From NCBI RefSeq assembly GCF_032191835.1, contig NC_083229.1, positions 30,566,001 through 30,630,000 on the forward strand: a DNA stretch of 64,000 bases, read 5' to 3'. This DNA is from Heteronotia binoei (lineage: Eukaryota). Every line of letters starts with the position of its first letter. The stretch's first letter is position 1. Of this stretch, positions 61,630 through 64,000 are shown in pieces. The position numbers and the translations under genes were made by a program. The notes below the pieces were generated by a model that saw nothing but the letters and a program-made list of their open reading frames with translations, made no database searches and was not told the DNA's origin.

Positions 61630-61738
61630 GTCAAATCATCAAACAGTCAGTCCTTGAATATTTAGAAAAAGATGGCTGTGATTAGTAAGAGCCAGCATGG
61701 GTTTCTCAAGAACAAGTCATCAGATTCTATGATTCTAA
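61630..61738 (+). mobile_element. Short CR1 remnant (RT start fused to ATTCTATG tail)
   Basis: QIIKQSVLEYLEK / AVISKSQHGFLKNKS followed directly by CAGATTCTATGATTCTA. Confidence 0.65.
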
Positions 61739-62682
61739 TATAAAGAGTAGCCATGTAGACCCTTTACTTTTGCGAATAAGTAGCAATAGGACCATGGCTC
61801 TTCCCTGGCTTTACAAGGGGGCATCCAAACATCACAAAACTATCTTGGTCTATTATCTCTTCATTATATTTGGGTCTCTAAACTGGGGTTTAAAAAATGG
61901 TCAGATATTGGCCAGTATAAACACATTTGCTGACGAGCAAAGAAAATCTCCTTCAGAACCTAATTAGAGGAACAGTGTGATGGGATGTCAACCACATCCA
62001 GAACATAGAGAAATGGAAAGGATTTTCTTTTAGTTCAGTGTGGCTGGTGTTTCTGGGATTTATTCATCTTTCTTTTTAACATTTTCAGTAACTCACATGA
62101 ATCAGATGGATGACTTGTATATATCCCATACTATAAGTCCCTTTTTCTGTATTTTAATAGCACATTTACACTGGACAATATTGATTTATTATAAATACTT
62201 ATTGTATTATTATATGTGGTATTAACTATCCTGCAGAATATTCATGTTACTTCTATCTAGTCTAGCTCAGCTCTTAATTAAGTGGAAAATTCAGAAGTAC
62301 CACAGTGTGCTAGAAAAAGTGAATTCTGGATTTTCTTTTAATTGCTGTGTGCTACAAGAAGAGAACAGACACTAGTTATATGTTCTGATTGAAACCTGGT
62401 ATTCTTTATTACAGTATTTTTTATTAATCCTCTTCATACTTCTGTGGGAAGTAATTAGATGCTATACATTTCAAGTTCAAAAGCAAATGTAAATACGCAG
62501 CATTTTTGTGTGCTTTTTCAAAGTGCTTTTTAATTTTGCATTGATTACAAAACTGTCTCGTAACATTGTATCATTGATGGATGTATATGCACTCAGTTTC
62601 TGCTGCTATATTAACATACATCAGTGTGATCTGTCCAAATTTTTTGTGCTCTCTGAAATATTCCCTATACCATAAATTCTAG

Positions 62683-62865
62683 GTGATAATGCAGGATCTT
62701 GTGGAGATCCAGGAACCCCAGGCCATGGTTCAAGAGAAGAAAACAATTTTAGAATTAAAAGTACTGTGCAATTCTCTTGTGAGCTTGGTTACATCCTTCA
62801 TGGATCAGAGGAAAGAACATGTCTAGCAAATGGAAGTTGGACAGGAAAGCAACCAGAATGCAAAG
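62683..62865 (+). CDS. CSMD3: CSMD3 exon (183 nt), Sushi domain; absent from the ORF track
   Basis: ttctag|GTGAT ... AAAG|gtaatt; (G)DNAGSCGDPGTPGHGSREENNFRIKSTVQFSCELGYILHGSEERTCLANGSWTGKQPECK. Confidence 0.95.
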
Positions 62866-63318
62866 GTAATTGATGTACAACAGATTTTGCAGACCAAAAT
62901 GTTAATCAATAAGCATCGTTTTAGAGAAACCTAAAAGCTGTTCTGTTATTTGGATAGCCCAGAGGGTCTGTCCTTCCTGTAAGTATTGCAGTGTCATTGC
63001 ACCAATTCATGAACACTGGAATAGCAATGTGGATGAATGTTGCAAGTCCCTCACTTCATAATGCAGCTGATCAGATGGTATTCAAGAGTGGATTATGCTA
63101 GTTGCATGGTTCTTTTCTGCTCCCTCCTTTAAAGGGTTGAAATTGAGCCAGTCATTTCTCTAAAGGATTAGACATGAATTTGGAACCCCTATGTACAATA
63201 GGAGTGTTTTTATGCCAATTAAGGCTGACTTGACTTGACACTAGGAGTGTGTACTTGCAAAATTATAATTTCAGTTCTGTACCAGAAAGTCAAAAATGGC
63301 ATTATAATTTTCATTACA

Positions 63319-63827
63319 TAAGGTTGTCAATCCCCAATTGTGGGCAGGGGATCCCCTGGTTTGGAGACCCTCCTCCCTTCAGGGTTGTTAGAAAGTGGGG
63401 GAGGGGTGGGTTGAATGTCTGCTGGGTGATCCGTTATGTTCTACGGAGACTTGTCCCAATAGGTTATAATGGAGACTAGACTTGTGGGTATCTGAGGTTC
63501 TTGGAGGGGTTGGTTTTTGAGGTAGATACACTAAATTTTCAGCATAGCATCTGGTGCTTCTCCTGAACCTCCCTCCCCCAAGTTTTAAAAAGATTGGACC
63601 AGGGGATCCATTTCTATAGGCCCCCCAAAAGGTGTCCCTGTCCTCCATTATTTCCAGTGAAGAGAAGGCATTAAAAAGGAGTGTGGTCCCTTTAAATGTG
63701 ATGGCCAGAACTCCCTTTGGAGTTAAATTGTGCTTGTCACAACCTTGCTTCTGGCTCCAGCCCCAAAGTTTCCTAGCTCCATTCCCAAAATCCCCAGATA
63801 TTTTCTGAGTTGGACCTGGTAACCTTA
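63319..63827. mobile_element. Longer hAT-like element with TAAGGTTGTCA / TGGTAACCTTA ends
   Basis: Degenerate TAGGGTTGCCA-type TIRs; internal CCAAGTTTTAAAAAGATTGGACCAGGGGATCCA shared with 34931-36310; no clean TSD. Confidence 0.6.
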
Positions 63828-64000
63828 GGGTGAAGTATGCATCAGAAATACATTAGGGATACATATTAGTGAAGATACATATATTATTGTGTATAGGTGT
63901 ACAATAATATGAAACAGAACAGTTGACACAGCAAAACAATGAGTGTAGAAGGAAATGGCTGAAATCTGTCAAACCTAGTTACCTCCAACAAATGATGTGA

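Overview
Eukaryotic (vertebrate) genomic DNA. The repeat content (Sauria-type, 5S-derived and CORE/MIR-like SINEs, CR1, L2, Bov-B, DIRS, Penelope-like remnants, many hAT/Harbinger MITEs) points to a squamate reptile, probably a gecko (inference). The window is an internal part of one large + strand gene, CSMD3. It holds 17 consecutive coding exons (386-62865, 2889 nt = 963 codons, spliced frame open, all GT-AG). They encode the last CUB/Sushi alternations and the first nine Sushi domains of the tandem array; gene start and end lie outside the window. Introns are dominated by often nested transposon remnants, and there are two N gaps. Most long ORFs in the supplied track are artefacts of a GC-rich repeat. 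The most unusual object is a 2182-bp CpG-rich, non-coding hAT-type element (3971-6152, perfect 8-bp TSD) inserted in a decayed DIRS element. It carries ETS-CRE palindromes at one end, a double NRF1-motif palindrome at the other, and between them about 5.8 copies of a 165-bp unit built from two long near-perfect hairpins. Also notable: three decayed Penelope-type minimal hammerhead ribozyme motifs, an AT-rich foldback insertion with a 12-bp target duplication, and a MITE family whose ends share only CAGG/CCTG. Family names come from recall of published consensus features, not from database searches.
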